Source: Patescibacteria group bacterium
GTDB taxonomy: Bacteria > Patescibacteriota > Minisyncoccia > Phycocordibacterales > CAIZLB01
Assembly: GCA_040384445.1 (NCBI GenBank)
Contig: JAZKJG010000004.1
Location: forward strand, 1 to 55,107
Reading direction: 5' to 3'
Length of the DNA: 55,107 bases
The position numbers and the translations under genes were made by a program. Of this stretch, positions 27,995 to 38,062 are shown piece by piece. The notes beneath the pieces are model-generated. The model saw only the letters and a list, made by a program, of their open reading frames with translations, was not told where the DNA came from and did no database searches. Position 1 is the stretch's first letter; the number at the start of each line of letters is the position of its first letter.

Positions 27995-28999
27995 ATGTCT
28001 ATTTTTCACACCCTCAAAATCCAACACCCTGATAGACCACTTTTTGTGTTAGCTCCCATGGCGGATGTAACTGATGTTGCATTTCGAACAGTGATTCAAG
28101 AAGCTGGTGCACCAGATGTATTTTGGACTGAATTCGTATCTGCTGATGGACTAGTACGAGCAACTGAAGTTGGAAAGTATAAACTAAAGAAGGATTTATT
28201 ATTTAATGAAAAACAACATCCAATAGTTGCACAACTTTTTTCATCCACTGCAGATCATATGTTTCAAGCAACAAAGTTGTGTTTGGAAATGGGATTTGAT
28301 GGAGTTGATATTAATATGGGTTGTCCAGATCAAAGTATTGAAAAGCAAAAATGTGGAGCAGCCATGATGAAGCATCACGATCTTGCTCGAGAAGTAATTG
28401 AAGCCGCTAAAAAAGCAGCCGATGGGAAAATGGCTATCTCAGTAAAAACTCGTGTTGGATATAATGCCGTAGAGCTTGATACGTGGATTCCGGTTTTGTT
28501 GGATGCGGAAATAGATTTGATTACAATCCATGCACGTACTCGAAAAGAAATGTCGAAAGTTCCTGCTAACTGGGATTATGTAAAACAAGTTGTAGCTATG
28601 CGAGATGAATGGCAGAAAAATAACCCAACAAAAAAAGCACCACTTATATTTGGAAATGGTGATGTAGAAACTGTTGCAGATGGACTAGACAAAGTGGCTC
28701 AAAGCAATGCTGATGGAGTAATGGTTGGACGAGCTATGTTTGGTAATCCTTGGTTTTTTAGAGATTTGGAAAATGGTCCAAAGGCGAGTGAGGTGACTCG
28801 GACTGAGCGAATTGAGGCCCTTGCACGGCAGACTGAAATTTTTGCTAAAGAGCTTGGAGATGTGAAATCATTTGCACTGATGAAGAAATTTTTCAAAACA
28901 TATATGACAGGATTTGAAGATGCAGTAGAGATCCGAGGGAAGATTATGGACATGGAGACGGCGGACGAAGTAGTGTTGTATCTCAAGGGTAAAATATAA
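27995..28999 (+). CDS. tRNA-dihydrouridine synthase
   Basis: LAPMADVTDVAFR...GFDGVDINMGCP...KCGAAMM...ITIHARTR is the Dus family pattern. Confidence 0.85.
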   Translation: MSIFHTLKIQHPDRPLFVLAPMADVTDVAFRTVIQEAGAPDVFWTEFVSADGLVRATEVGKYKLKKDLLFNEKQHPIVAQLFSSTADHMFQATKLCLEMGFDGVDINMGCPDQSIEKQKCGAAMMKHHDLAREVIEAAKKAADGKMAISVKTRVGYNAVELDTWIPVLLDAEIDLITIHARTRKEMSKVPANWDYVKQVVAMRDEWQKNNPTKKAPLIFGNGDVETVADGLDKVAQSNADGVMVGRAMFGNPWFFRDLENGPKASEVTRTERIEALARQTEIFAKELGDVKSFALMKKFFKTYMTGFEDAVEIRGKIMDMETADEVVLYLKGKI

Positions 29000-29045
29000 G
29001 GTATACTATATAAAGTTTATCTTTATTAATATTTAATTTTTATAT

Positions 29046-30086
29046 ATGAAAAATTTTACCTTTTTACTTGTGTTGGTTTTAGCTGTTTTCGTTTCGCAAA
29101 ATACGCATGCTGGATATAATTCTCGATCGACTGCAGATATACAAAAGTTTTTTAACGTTACTGTACCTACAAGTTCTCAGAATGTTGCCTATGATAGATT
29201 GAAGGAAACACATACTGCACTTACAAATCACGCTACACAAGTTCTGAATCAGATGAATGCAATGACAAGTTTATCGACTGAGCCAAAAGTTGTTCTTGCT
29301 CAAGCCCCTTCGCTTGTCACTGTAACTAATAATGGTGTCTCAACGGCATTAATGGCATCATTTAGACTTTCAATCACAGGTGGGAAGGGAGATACTTATA
29401 TTTATCTTGCAAATGGTACTCTAAAAAGTCAGCAATTTTCAACGACAACGAGCGTTTCTCTAATTGCTACTGACTCTAATTTACAGGTTGCAATACAGCA
29501 TCCAACATATGGCTTTATTACCGTATATCGTATTCCAGAAGGGGCTGTGAAAATGTTTGATGCAACGTATGTTTTCAAGGCTTCAAGTTTGCCAGCAGGA
29601 GCATTTGTGTATACTGCAGATTTAAACACTATACGTTATTTTGCAGGAACTCCAACAGGTGCAATAAAGACAATTTCACTTCCTTTAATACAAACACCTC
29701 CGACTACGTTTAGTAACGACAGTCCAGTCGATACTCTCCCTCCTGTGATTACGTATGTAAGTAGTGTTGCATCATCAGGGGTTATGTATATTAGTTGGAA
29801 AACTGATGAGGTATCTTCTTCAAAAGTATATTATGGTACAACTACAGGTTCATATTTTGCTACGCAAACTGGTCCAAGTGGAACATCTCATTATGCGTAT
29901 CTAAGCGCAGGGGTTTATCCTGATGCAACATACTATTATACAGTTGAATCTGTAGATGCAGCAGGTAATAAATCTCGATCAAAAGAATACACATTCGTAC
30001 TCAAGCGCCCTGTTGGTATCGGTTCCTTCTTCAAAAACTATATCAACAATGTTAAAGCACAAGTTGTATACATGTTTGGAAAATAA
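29046..30086 (+). CDS. Secreted protein with C-terminal fibronectin type III-like domain
   Basis: It has a signal peptide. PPVITYVSS...MYISWKTDEVSSSKVYYGTTTGSY...TSHYAYL...PDATYYYTVESVDAAGN matches the FN3 repeats of the 50916 ORF. Confidence 0.7.
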   Translation: MKNFTFLLVLVLAVFVSQNTHAGYNSRSTADIQKFFNVTVPTSSQNVAYDRLKETHTALTNHATQVLNQMNAMTSLSTEPKVVLAQAPSLVTVTNNGVSTALMASFRLSITGGKGDTYIYLANGTLKSQQFSTTTSVSLIATDSNLQVAIQHPTYGFITVYRIPEGAVKMFDATYVFKASSLPAGAFVYTADLNTIRYFAGTPTGAIKTISLPLIQTPPTTFSNDSPVDTLPPVITYVSSVASSGVMYISWKTDEVSSSKVYYGTTTGSYFATQTGPSGTSHYAYLSAGVYPDATYYYTVESVDAAGNKSRSKEYTFVLKRPVGIGSFFKNYINNVKAQVVYMFGK

Positions 30087-30105
30087 AAAGTGCTATACTA
30101 GAGCT

Positions 30106-30693
30106 ATGAATCAACGAGGATTTATAGCGCACTTCATGATGGCAATTATTGTTGCTGCAACTCTAGGTATTGGTATTTATTGGTATGACGCAAACAGAAA
30201 ATCTCCAGATGGAAAACCTGTTTCTTTTTCGGAATTGATGGGGCCAATATGGAACACTTCACTCAAGTATAAAAATCCTGATGTGGCATTTCAGACTCTA
30301 TTACTGAAAGGCCTAAAACCAACTGCTGTACAATCTACTATTGATGGACAAAGTTTACTGACATTTACGTATGCACCTGTAAATAATTTCACTATTACTC
30401 GAGCGGAAATTAAAGTATTAAAAAATCACAGCGAAGTTTGTATTGATAATCCAAAGGAAACGAAAGTAAATAGAAATGGAATAATGGTTGATTATACAGA
30501 ATATTCGTACGAAGATGAACATTCAGCTGGGAATGTATACACACGCTCATTGCAAAACGACAGAGATAAGTTCTGTATTCAAGCAGTGCTGCAAAGGAAG
30601 GTAAATGACCCACTTGAAGACGAGATTACACGGGTAGAGTTTGAAAGAACACTTGATACGTTCGTGCATGAGTTTAAGGTGATTTTATATTAG
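30106..30693 (+). CDS. N-terminally anchored hypothetical protein (195 aa)
   Basis: The internal ATG at 30106 precedes the TM segment FMMAIIVAATLGIGIYW. The track start at 29956 overlaps the upstream gene. Confidence 0.5.
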   Translation: MNQRGFIAHFMMAIIVAATLGIGIYWYDANRKSPDGKPVSFSELMGPIWNTSLKYKNPDVAFQTLLLKGLKPTAVQSTIDGQSLLTFTYAPVNNFTITRAEIKVLKNHSEVCIDNPKETKVNRNGIMVDYTEYSYEDEHSAGNVYTRSLQNDRDKFCIQAVLQRKVNDPLEDEITRVEFERTLDTFVHEFKVILY

Positions 30694-30713
30694 GGGTATG
30701 ATAGTATGATTTC

Positions 30714-31520
30714 ATGAACAAATTCCTCAGCATTGTGTCGTTTGCTTGGCAACGTGCTTTGACGTTTCGATTTACTATCTTTATGTATAGATTTGGTGAA
30801 ATAGCTGAGTCTGTTGTTTTGTGTATTATGTGGATTGCGATTTATGCAGGAAGTGGAGACGGTGTGTCTTTGATCAAGGGTTTTACAGTTCAAGAAATGG
30901 TGACATATATTTTCATAGGAAATATTCTTACTGCATTTACGAGAAGTTATTCCACCGCAACGATTGCAAGAGATATTTTTGATGGAACCCTTTCAATGTC
31001 TCTGGTAAAACCTATTTCGTACATACGATATGTTTTCTATGATAGATTTGGTGCAACACTACTCGTATTACTAACTGCAATAGTTGGACAATTAATTGCT
31101 TCGGTTTTTTTCTTAGATTACATAATTTTTAATCCAGATCTTATGTATCTGCTTGTAATTGTTGCAATGCTCTTCCTTGCGTATTTAACAGAATTTTTAT
31201 TGAATACCATTATTGGAACAGTTGCATTCTGGGTAGATGATGTAGACGGACTGTTTTCAATGACAGATCGAGTTCGAAGATTTTTTGCAGGAGGATATTT
31301 CCCTCTAAGCATTCTTCCTACTGGGCTCGCATTTGTAGCAACTTTGCTTCCGTTTGCGTATACATTCTATGTTCCTGCACAACTATACCTGCAAAAGATC
31401 TCCATTAAAGAAGGAATTATTGGGCTTGGAATACAAATAGTTTGGATAGCTTTGTTGTATATGCTACTAAAGTTTATTTGGAACCGCGGAATTAGAAAAT
31501 ATGAAGGAGTAGGACTATAA
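30714..31520 (+). CDS. ABC-2-type transporter permease (DUF990-like)
   Basis: It has six hydrophobic segments and an N-terminal pattern (FLSIVSFAWQRALTFRFTIFMYRF) typical of this permease family. It is adjacent to the ATPase gene. Confidence 0.7.
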   Translation: MNKFLSIVSFAWQRALTFRFTIFMYRFGEIAESVVLCIMWIAIYAGSGDGVSLIKGFTVQEMVTYIFIGNILTAFTRSYSTATIARDIFDGTLSMSLVKPISYIRYVFYDRFGATLLVLLTAIVGQLIASVFFLDYIIFNPDLMYLLVIVAMLFLAYLTEFLLNTIIGTVAFWVDDVDGLFSMTDRVRRFFAGGYFPLSILPTGLAFVATLLPFAYTFYVPAQLYLQKISIKEGIIGLGIQIVWIALLYMLLKFIWNRGIRKYEGVGL

Positions 31521-31525
31521 CATCT

Positions 31526-32521
31526 ATGCAAACAATTATACACATAAAAAATCTGGTAAAAGAATTCGAAGTTGTAAAAAAGCAAAAAGGACTTGCGGCT
31601 AGTTTTCTGTCGTTGTTTAAAAGAGAAAAGATATTTGTTAAGGCTATTAAAGATATTTCTTTTGATATTAAGGAAGGTGAGTTGGTGGGATTTCTTGGTC
31701 CAAATGGTGCAGGGAAAACAACAACACTCAAAATACTTTCAGGGATTGTGTATCCAACTTCTGGGGAAGTTACAACTCTCGGATATATTCCATCAGAAAG
31801 AAAGGAAAAGTTTCAAAAACAATTTGCTCTTGTAATGGGACAGAAGAACCAGCTTCCAAGAGCCATGCCTGCTATGGACGGATTTTTACTTATTAAAGCA
31901 ATTTATGAAATTCCTGATGCTGAGTTTAATGCAACTCTGGAAGAGTTAACTGAACTTTTAGATATTACATCATTTCTAGATATTCCTGTACGAAAATTAT
32001 CACTTGGTCAAAGAATGAAATGTGAACTCGTTGCAGCACTTTTGCACGGTCCAAAGGTTTTACTCCTAGACGAACCAACAATCGGATTAGATGTAACTGC
32101 GCAGAAAAATATTCGAGAGTTTATCAAAAAATATAACAGAGAAAAGAAAACAACTATTATTCTTACATCTCATTATATGGATGATATTAAAGAATTATGT
32201 GAACGTGTGATTATTATCAATCACGGTGAGGTTGTGTACGATGGAAAGCTTGCACTGCTTATGGAAAAGTATGCTCCGCATAAAACAATTTCCATAACTA
32301 CTTCTATTTCTTTACATATAGAAAAATTAAAAAGTTATGGAGAGTTAATACAAAATGAAGAGTTCGCTGCGGTATTTAAGGTTGCACGAGCTGATGCAAA
32401 ACATTTGGCTGCACGACTTATTGAATCTGATCTCGGGGTAGAAGATATCCTTATTCATGAAGCTTCAATTGACGATGTTGTGAGGCATATCTTTAGTCAA
32501 AAATCTGAGGCTAAAATATAA
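31526..32521 (+). CDS. ABC transporter ATP-binding protein
   Basis: Walker A is GPNGAGKTT, the signature is LSLGQRMK and Walker B is LLLDEPTIGLD. Confidence 0.9.
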   Translation: MQTIIHIKNLVKEFEVVKKQKGLAASFLSLFKREKIFVKAIKDISFDIKEGELVGFLGPNGAGKTTTLKILSGIVYPTSGEVTTLGYIPSERKEKFQKQFALVMGQKNQLPRAMPAMDGFLLIKAIYEIPDAEFNATLEELTELLDITSFLDIPVRKLSLGQRMKCELVAALLHGPKVLLLDEPTIGLDVTAQKNIREFIKKYNREKKTTIILTSHYMDDIKELCERVIIINHGEVVYDGKLALLMEKYAPHKTISITTSISLHIEKLKSYGELIQNEEFAAVFKVARADAKHLAARLIESDLGVEDILIHEASIDDVVRHIFSQKSEAKI

Positions 32522-32531
32522 GTTTAAAATC

Positions 32532-32540
32532 TGATACAAT
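32532..32540 (+). promoter_or_regulatory. Extended -10 (TGaTACAAT) 7 nt upstream of dnaX ATG
   Basis: Read directly from the sequence. Confidence 0.5.
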
Positions 32541-32547
32541 ACACATC

Positions 32548-33498
32548 ATGACTCAAAACACCCATACATCCCTCTACCGAAAATACCGACCGGCTTCATT
32601 TGCAGATATATCAGGGCAGGATCATATTGTACGAGTGCTTCAGTCTGCTATTGAGAAAAAGACTCCGCACCATGCCTATCTATTTACTGGAACTCGAGGA
32701 GTAGGAAAGACAAGTATTGCCCGAATCTTCGCAAAAGAACTCGGAGTTGAACCAGAGGATATTACTGAGATTGATGCAGCATCATACACTGGGGTGGATA
32801 ATGTTCGTGAGCTTACAGAAAGTGCGATGACACTCCCGTTTCTTTCTCCGTACAAAGTATACATATTAGATGAGGTTCACATGCTTTCAAAGGCAGCCTT
32901 CAATGCATTCCTTAAGGGCCTAGAAGAGCCACCAAGACATGTTATATATATACTTGCTACAACTGAGTTATCTAAACTTCCAGATACAATTATTTCACGA
33001 TGTGAGGTTCATACATTCCAAACTCCATCTCTTCATACTCTTGGTACGGTGGTTAACGATGTGTGTAAAAAAGAAGGATACAGTATTGATACAGACTCAG
33101 TAATACTCATTGCAATGACAGGGGACGGGTCGTTCCGAGATACGCTTGGAGTATTACAAAAAGTAATGAGTTCAATTGAAGGTAAGAAAATTAGTTTAGA
33201 TAAAGTTGAATATATAATTGGAACTCCAAAAGTAACATCTATTGACACGCTTGTTGACATGGCGATTTCTAAGGATGAAAAGGTAAGTGATGTGCTTGAT
33301 GAAATTCGAGGAACAAATACAGATGGAAAACTTATGTACGATATGTATGTTGAAAAGTTACGGGAGAAGTTACGAAGTAAAGAGACTTCGACAGAAGAAA
33401 AGGTAAGAGTTTTAGAATTGCTTTCTCGAGCCTTGAGTGAATATCGACATCTACGGTTTGTGGATCCTATGGCTATGTTGGAGGTGGTTGTACGGTAA
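32548..33498 (+). CDS. dnaX: DNA polymerase III gamma/tau-type clamp-loader subunit (short, 316 aa)
   Basis: YRKYRP.SF.D..GQ...V..L..AI......HAYLFTGTRGVGKTS.ARIFAKEL...ILDEVHMLS is the DnaX pattern. A holB-type assignment cannot be fully excluded. Confidence 0.75.
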   Translation: MTQNTHTSLYRKYRPASFADISGQDHIVRVLQSAIEKKTPHHAYLFTGTRGVGKTSIARIFAKELGVEPEDITEIDAASYTGVDNVRELTESAMTLPFLSPYKVYILDEVHMLSKAAFNAFLKGLEEPPRHVIYILATTELSKLPDTIISRCEVHTFQTPSLHTLGTVVNDVCKKEGYSIDTDSVILIAMTGDGSFRDTLGVLQKVMSSIEGKKISLDKVEYIIGTPKVTSIDTLVDMAISKDEKVSDVLDEIRGTNTDGKLMYDMYVEKLREKLRSKETSTEEKVRVLELLSRALSEYRHLRFVDPMAMLEVVVR

Positions 33499-33503
33499 TA
33501 TGT

Positions 33504-33532
33504 TTGACATTTAACCCTAAATAAGGTATAAT
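33504..33532 (+). promoter_or_regulatory. Perfect consensus promoter TTGACA-17-TATAAT (islet D)
   Basis: TTGACA lies at 33504-33509 and TATAAT at 33527-33532. The leader to the ATG at 33579 is about 40 nt. Confidence 0.65.
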
Positions 33533-33578
33533 TTATGGTGTAGCTAAGTAGCTCATTCAACCCAATCTTGCTCTATAT

Positions 33579-34085
33579 ATGAAATACAAAATCGGTCAAA
33601 TAATCTGTCTCTGGGAACTCGTTCCACCTTACGGTAATCCAATCATTGTGGTCAGGGAGATCTTGGTCACAATAACCAACATCCACGAAAATGTTCTAGG
33701 AAAAGAATCAAAGTGTCCTGCTGGGATAGGTCTTAAAGGGATCGGTAATGACGGCAAAGTGTATGAAAAACATTGGGATACATGGCCAGACGATCAGATG
33801 CAACCCGACATTTTCTGGACGTGGCGTGAAGATGGGACAATGCTTCCACAACCTTCACTGTGGTTGCCCTTTGAGGCGGTGCTTTATTATTCTTGGGTTT
33901 TCCGCCGCAACAGCGGGAATATAAAAATCGTCGACAAAGATAGTAATCCAATTGAACCCAAAGGGGATTTGGAAAAGTGCTCCACTCACGGGACATTCTA
34001 CTATCCCGGCGCCGAATGCATCAGCTGCAAATCTGCAAAGATGTTCAGTAAGCTGCCGCGACGAAAAGAAACCGTCCGGATCTGA
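33579..34085 (+). CDS. Trp/Cys-containing hypothetical protein (168 aa), GC-richer islet D
   Basis: This track ORF ends in TGA. My hand count gives 49% G+C over 33781-34080. I recognise no family. Confidence 0.5.
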   Translation: MKYKIGQIICLWELVPPYGNPIIVVREILVTITNIHENVLGKESKCPAGIGLKGIGNDGKVYEKHWDTWPDDQMQPDIFWTWREDGTMLPQPSLWLPFEAVLYYSWVFRRNSGNIKIVDKDSNPIEPKGDLEKCSTHGTFYYPGAECISCKSAKMFSKLPRRKETVRI

Positions 34086-34105
34086 TACAGATCTCCCACA
34101 ACACA

Positions 34106-34140
34106 AAACCCCCAACGTCTCACGACGTCGGGGGTTTCAT
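34106..34140. terminator. Bidirectional GC-rich hairpin terminator (islet D / rnj)
   Basis: AAAACCCCCAACGTC-TCAC-GACGTCGGGGGTTT, then a T-run. Confidence 0.65.
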
Positions 34141-34149
34141 TTTTAAACT

Positions 34150-36222
34150 TTATACAAGTAGCACAACTGGAATAATAATCGGTCTCTTTGCAGTCTCTTG
34201 GAAAATAAATTTACCAAGCGTATCTGCTGTAAGATCTTTTATGTAATCAATATTTGGTGGTCGCATCTGATACGCAGCTCTCTCGATTGTTGTTCGAACA
34301 AGTGTTCGGATCTCTCGAAGAAGCTCTTGAGATTCTCGTAGATATACTGAACCTCGAGAAATAATGTCAGGGGATTTAATAAGTCGTCCTGTCATTGGAT
34401 TCATCATTGCAACAACAACGAAGATTCCGTCTTCTGCAAGAATCTGTCGATCTCGTAGTACAACGTCTTGAATATCTCCAACAGTAAATCCATCCACCAT
34501 CACTACATTGTCAGGAGCTTTAACTGGAAGTTTTACAAACTTTGTACCTCCTTCTTGAATTTCAAGAATGTTACAGTCGTCAGGAACAATAATGTTTTCT
34601 TTTGGAATACCAAGATTGTTTGCGAGCTCAGCATGGAGCTTCAAGTGGTAGTGGTTACCATGCATTGGCATGAAGAACTTTGGTCGAAGCTTTCTGTGTA
34701 GCCATTCGATCTCTCCTCGGTTTGCATGTCCTGTTGCGTGAATATAAACATCAGATGTTCGGTAGTGAATAATTCTAGCTCCTGAACGAGCAATGTTATC
34801 TTTCATTTTCTGAACAACTTTTTCATTTCCAGGAATAATAGAAGAAGAGAGTAGGATAGTGTCTTTCTCTGTGAGGATTACATACTTATGCTGTTTATTA
34901 GACATTCGCATAAGAGCTCCAAATTCATCTCCCTGAGCCCCTGTTGCAAGGACAACAATTTTGTCTGCTGCATGATGACTCATTTCTTGTGCTGATATAA
35001 AAGTACCTTTAGATACTTTAAGAAGTCCAGCTTGGATTAAAATCTCAACGTTGTTTTTCATACTTCGTCCTTCGATCACCAGTTTCTTTCCATATTTTTC
35101 ACAAGCCTCAACAACTTTTGCAATACGAAATGCGTGTGATGCAAACATACCCATAATCATTCGGCCTGACATGTTTTTTACAATCTCTGCAAGGTTTTCA
35201 TGTACAACACTTTCAGGTGTAGAAAATCCCGGGTTTTCAATGTTTGTAGATTCTCCTAAAAGTAGAAGAACATTTTTTCCATCGAACAATTTATAGTTAT
35301 CATCTTCCTCAGCGGTTGGAGTTCCATCTACGTGATCAAGTTTAAAGTCTCCAGGAGTTGTAATCCATCCGTGAGGTGTATCGATAATAATACCGAGTGA
35401 ATCGGGAATAGAGTGAGTAACTCCATAAAATTTTATAGAAGTATTTCCAATCTTAATTGATTCATTTCCTTCAACAATTTTAAAATCAAGCGCAGGAATA
35501 TGTGGGAATTCAGCTTGTCGCTTTTTAAGCATCAAGGCAGTTAGGTTTCGAGTATACACAGGTGGCATACCGATCTTCTCAATAACGTATGGAAGTGCGC
35601 CGATATGGTCCAAGTGTCCGTGTGTAATAATAATAGCTCGAACTTTATGTTTTCGTTCTTCGAGATATTTTGTGTTTGGTAAAATGTAATCAATACCTGG
35701 AGTTCCAGCTTCTTTAAACTTAAATCCGGCATCAATAACAATAATGTCATCTTTGTTTTCGATAACAGTCATGTTCATACCAATTTCTTCCACTCCTCCA
35801 AGAGGAATGATTCGATAGTTGTCTCCGAGTACTTCAGGAATTTCTTTCTGAGTTCCAGGCTTAGTTGCTGATGCAGAACCAATACTTGGTCGTGATCGAG
35901 GCATACTGTATCGTTTATTTGGTTTTCTATTTTTAGGTGTTGCTTGTTCTGTATGAATGGTGTCATTCATTTCAATTGCATCCTCATCAATCTCATCTCC
36001 AGTACCAAGAGGTCTTTTTACTGATTGTTGATTGTAAGGAGTGTGCGAGGCAGGTGCATGTGCACGAGCTGACGCGACTGGCTTTTTATGTCCAGTAAGT
36101 GGTCCGTTTGGACGCATTGGATCTGGAAGTTTAACCTTAGGGGCAGGAGAAGAAGCAGGTGCTTGATCTCCATGATATACCCGGAGAGGTTTCTTAGATC
36201 CGTTATCAAATTCTTTATTCAT
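34150..36222 (-). CDS. rnj: Ribonuclease J with ~130-aa basic Pro/Lys-rich N-terminal extension
   Basis: It has the metallo-beta-lactamase/beta-CASP pattern IIPLGGVEEIGMNMTVIE...VIDAGFKF...GIDYILPN...IIITHGHLDHIGALPY. Confidence 0.9.
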   Translation of the reverse strand: MNKEFDNGSKKPLRVYHGDQAPASSPAPKVKLPDPMRPNGPLTGHKKPVASARAHAPASHTPYNQQSVKRPLGTGDEIDEDAIEMNDTIHTEQATPKNRKPNKRYSMPRSRPSIGSASATKPGTQKEIPEVLGDNYRIIPLGGVEEIGMNMTVIENKDDIIVIDAGFKFKEAGTPGIDYILPNTKYLEERKHKVRAIIITHGHLDHIGALPYVIEKIGMPPVYTRNLTALMLKKRQAEFPHIPALDFKIVEGNESIKIGNTSIKFYGVTHSIPDSLGIIIDTPHGWITTPGDFKLDHVDGTPTAEEDDNYKLFDGKNVLLLLGESTNIENPGFSTPESVVHENLAEIVKNMSGRMIMGMFASHAFRIAKVVEACEKYGKKLVIEGRSMKNNVEILIQAGLLKVSKGTFISAQEMSHHAADKIVVLATGAQGDEFGALMRMSNKQHKYVILTEKDTILLSSSIIPGNEKVVQKMKDNIARSGARIIHYRTSDVYIHATGHANRGEIEWLHRKLRPKFFMPMHGNHYHLKLHAELANNLGIPKENIIVPDDCNILEIQEGGTKFVKLPVKAPDNVVMVDGFTVGDIQDVVLRDRQILAEDGIFVVVAMMNPMTGRLIKSPDIISRGSVYLRESQELLREIRTLVRTTIERAAYQMRPPNIDYIKDLTADTLGKFIFQETAKRPIIIPVVLLV

Positions 36223-36395
36223 ATATGTATGACCTATGAGGTCAGGGTTAATTTTTTAATCTTGTAAGTTCGACGCATAGGTGCGGTGATATATTGTCAA
36301 TCAAAGATGCAAAGAGTCACATCTGTCCGTCTAGCGAGAAATTAATACTCATAGTATAGCAGACTATAAATACACATGCAATACCTATGTATTTA

Positions 36396-36404
36396 TGCTA
36401 GAAT
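36396..36404 (+). promoter_or_regulatory. Extended -10 (TGcTAGAAT) 7 nt upstream of ATG 36412
   Basis: Read directly from the sequence. Confidence 0.5.
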
Positions 36405-36411
36405 GGGCAAC

Positions 36412-38055
36412 ATGAAAGCAAAAATTCAAAATGCATTTACTCAATTGTGGGCAAGAAAGAAAGAAAAGAAAGTTTGGATACCAGCCACAATTATCGGGCT
36501 GTTTTTGCTTGGTCAAGTGTTCGGTGGGGGTACAAGTGCGGATGTAATGACATATACTGTGGTACCAAGAGAATTTGTGCAGAAGGTTTCTCTTACAGGA
36601 AAGGTTATTGCGGCTAAAAACGTTGATATGGGGTTTGAGGTTGCTGGTAGAGTAAACAAGGTAAATGTTAAAGTTGGAGATTTTGTTAAACAAGGTACAG
36701 TCCTTGCTTCTCTTTCAAACGGTGATTATTCTTCAGCTGTTCAAAAAAATGCTGCTATTCGAGCTTCTGAGCAAGCAAAGCTAAACGACATTTTAAATGG
36801 AACAAAAAAAGAAGATGTGAAAGCAGCGCAAGATAGAGTGACGGGAGCAGAGGCTGATTTACGAGTTGCGGAGCAAACACTTCTAGATCAAATCCGAGAG
36901 ACATTTTCAAAAGCAGATGAGGCAGTACGATTCAATATTGATTCAACATTTAACGATCCAAGAAGTTTGAATCCTGTATTTAAATATTTAATTGATCAAA
37001 ACCCAGGCCTCCGAGAATCATTAACTGCACAACGAGTTCGAGTAGGAGATATTTTAAAAGGTTTAAATAATATCACTTCAATCAGTCAGCTTTCATCAGC
37101 ACGATCACAATTGCTTGAGGTACAAAAATTTATCAACGATGTAAACTTAGCGATTGCTATTGTTGCAGAAAAATCACTTGGAAGTGAATCAACAGTTGTT
37201 GCGTCACAAAAGGCTGAGATTGCACTCGCACGAAGTTCTTTCTCTGGAGCTATCGGAGCATTAAACCAAGCAGAAGCTGGATACAAAAATAACACAAGTG
37301 CACTTACATCGGCACAGAATGCTCTTGCACTCGCAGTTTCAAGTGCCACACCTGAGCAAATTGCAATCTACAAAGCAAATGTAGATAGTGCACAAGCAGG
37401 AGTGGGAAGTGCACAAGCACAACTTTCACGAACAATTATTCGTGCACCATTTGACGGTGTGATTACAAAAGTTGATATTAAAGAAGGGGAAATTTCTTCT
37501 CCAAACACTCCAATTATTAGCATGTTAAATGACGGTGAATATCAAATTGAAACTTTTGTATCAGAAAACGATATTGCAAAACTACAAATTAATCAGCCTG
37601 CAAAAATTTCACTTGATGCATACGGAAGAGAGACGCTATTTAATGCGATCGTGATTTCAGTTGATCCTGCGGAAACCGTAAAAGATGGTGTGTCTACATA
37701 CAGAACAAAAATCCAGTTCGCAGAAAAAGATGAGAGAGTAAAATCAGGTATGACTGCAAACATTGAAATCGAAACAGACAGACGAGAGGGAATTTTACAG
37801 ATTCCTCAAGTGGCAATGATTCTAGAAAAAGGAATTAAAAATGCTCAAGTACTCGTCGATCCATCATGTGCAGCACAAGCAACATCTTCAGCGGTTTCTG
37901 TATTATCTCCAGATTGTGCAGGTGCTCTTGAAAATGAAGGAGCAGTCACTTTGGTCCCATTACAAACAGGAGAGATTAGTAGTACAGGTGACATTGAGAT
38001 CTTGTCAGGACTATCACAAGGTCAGACAATCATTTACACAGTAAAAGCAAAATAA
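36412..38055 (+). CDS. HlyD/MacA-type periplasmic adaptor (membrane fusion) protein
   Basis: It has an N-terminal TM segment, lipoyl-like halves (VAGRVNKVNVKVGDFVKQGTVLASL and IIRAPFDGVITKVDIKEGE) and a long coiled-coil hairpin between them. Confidence 0.8.
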   Translation: MKAKIQNAFTQLWARKKEKKVWIPATIIGLFLLGQVFGGGTSADVMTYTVVPREFVQKVSLTGKVIAAKNVDMGFEVAGRVNKVNVKVGDFVKQGTVLASLSNGDYSSAVQKNAAIRASEQAKLNDILNGTKKEDVKAAQDRVTGAEADLRVAEQTLLDQIRETFSKADEAVRFNIDSTFNDPRSLNPVFKYLIDQNPGLRESLTAQRVRVGDILKGLNNITSISQLSSARSQLLEVQKFINDVNLAIAIVAEKSLGSESTVVASQKAEIALARSSFSGAIGALNQAEAGYKNNTSALTSAQNALALAVSSATPEQIAIYKANVDSAQAGVGSAQAQLSRTIIRAPFDGVITKVDIKEGEISSPNTPIISMLNDGEYQIETFVSENDIAKLQINQPAKISLDAYGRETLFNAIVISVDPAETVKDGVSTYRTKIQFAEKDERVKSGMTANIEIETDRREGILQIPQVAMILEKGIKNAQVLVDPSCAAQATSSAVSVLSPDCAGALENEGAVTLVPLQTGEISSTGDIEILSGLSQGQTIIYTVKAK

Positions 38056-38062
38056 CATATTC

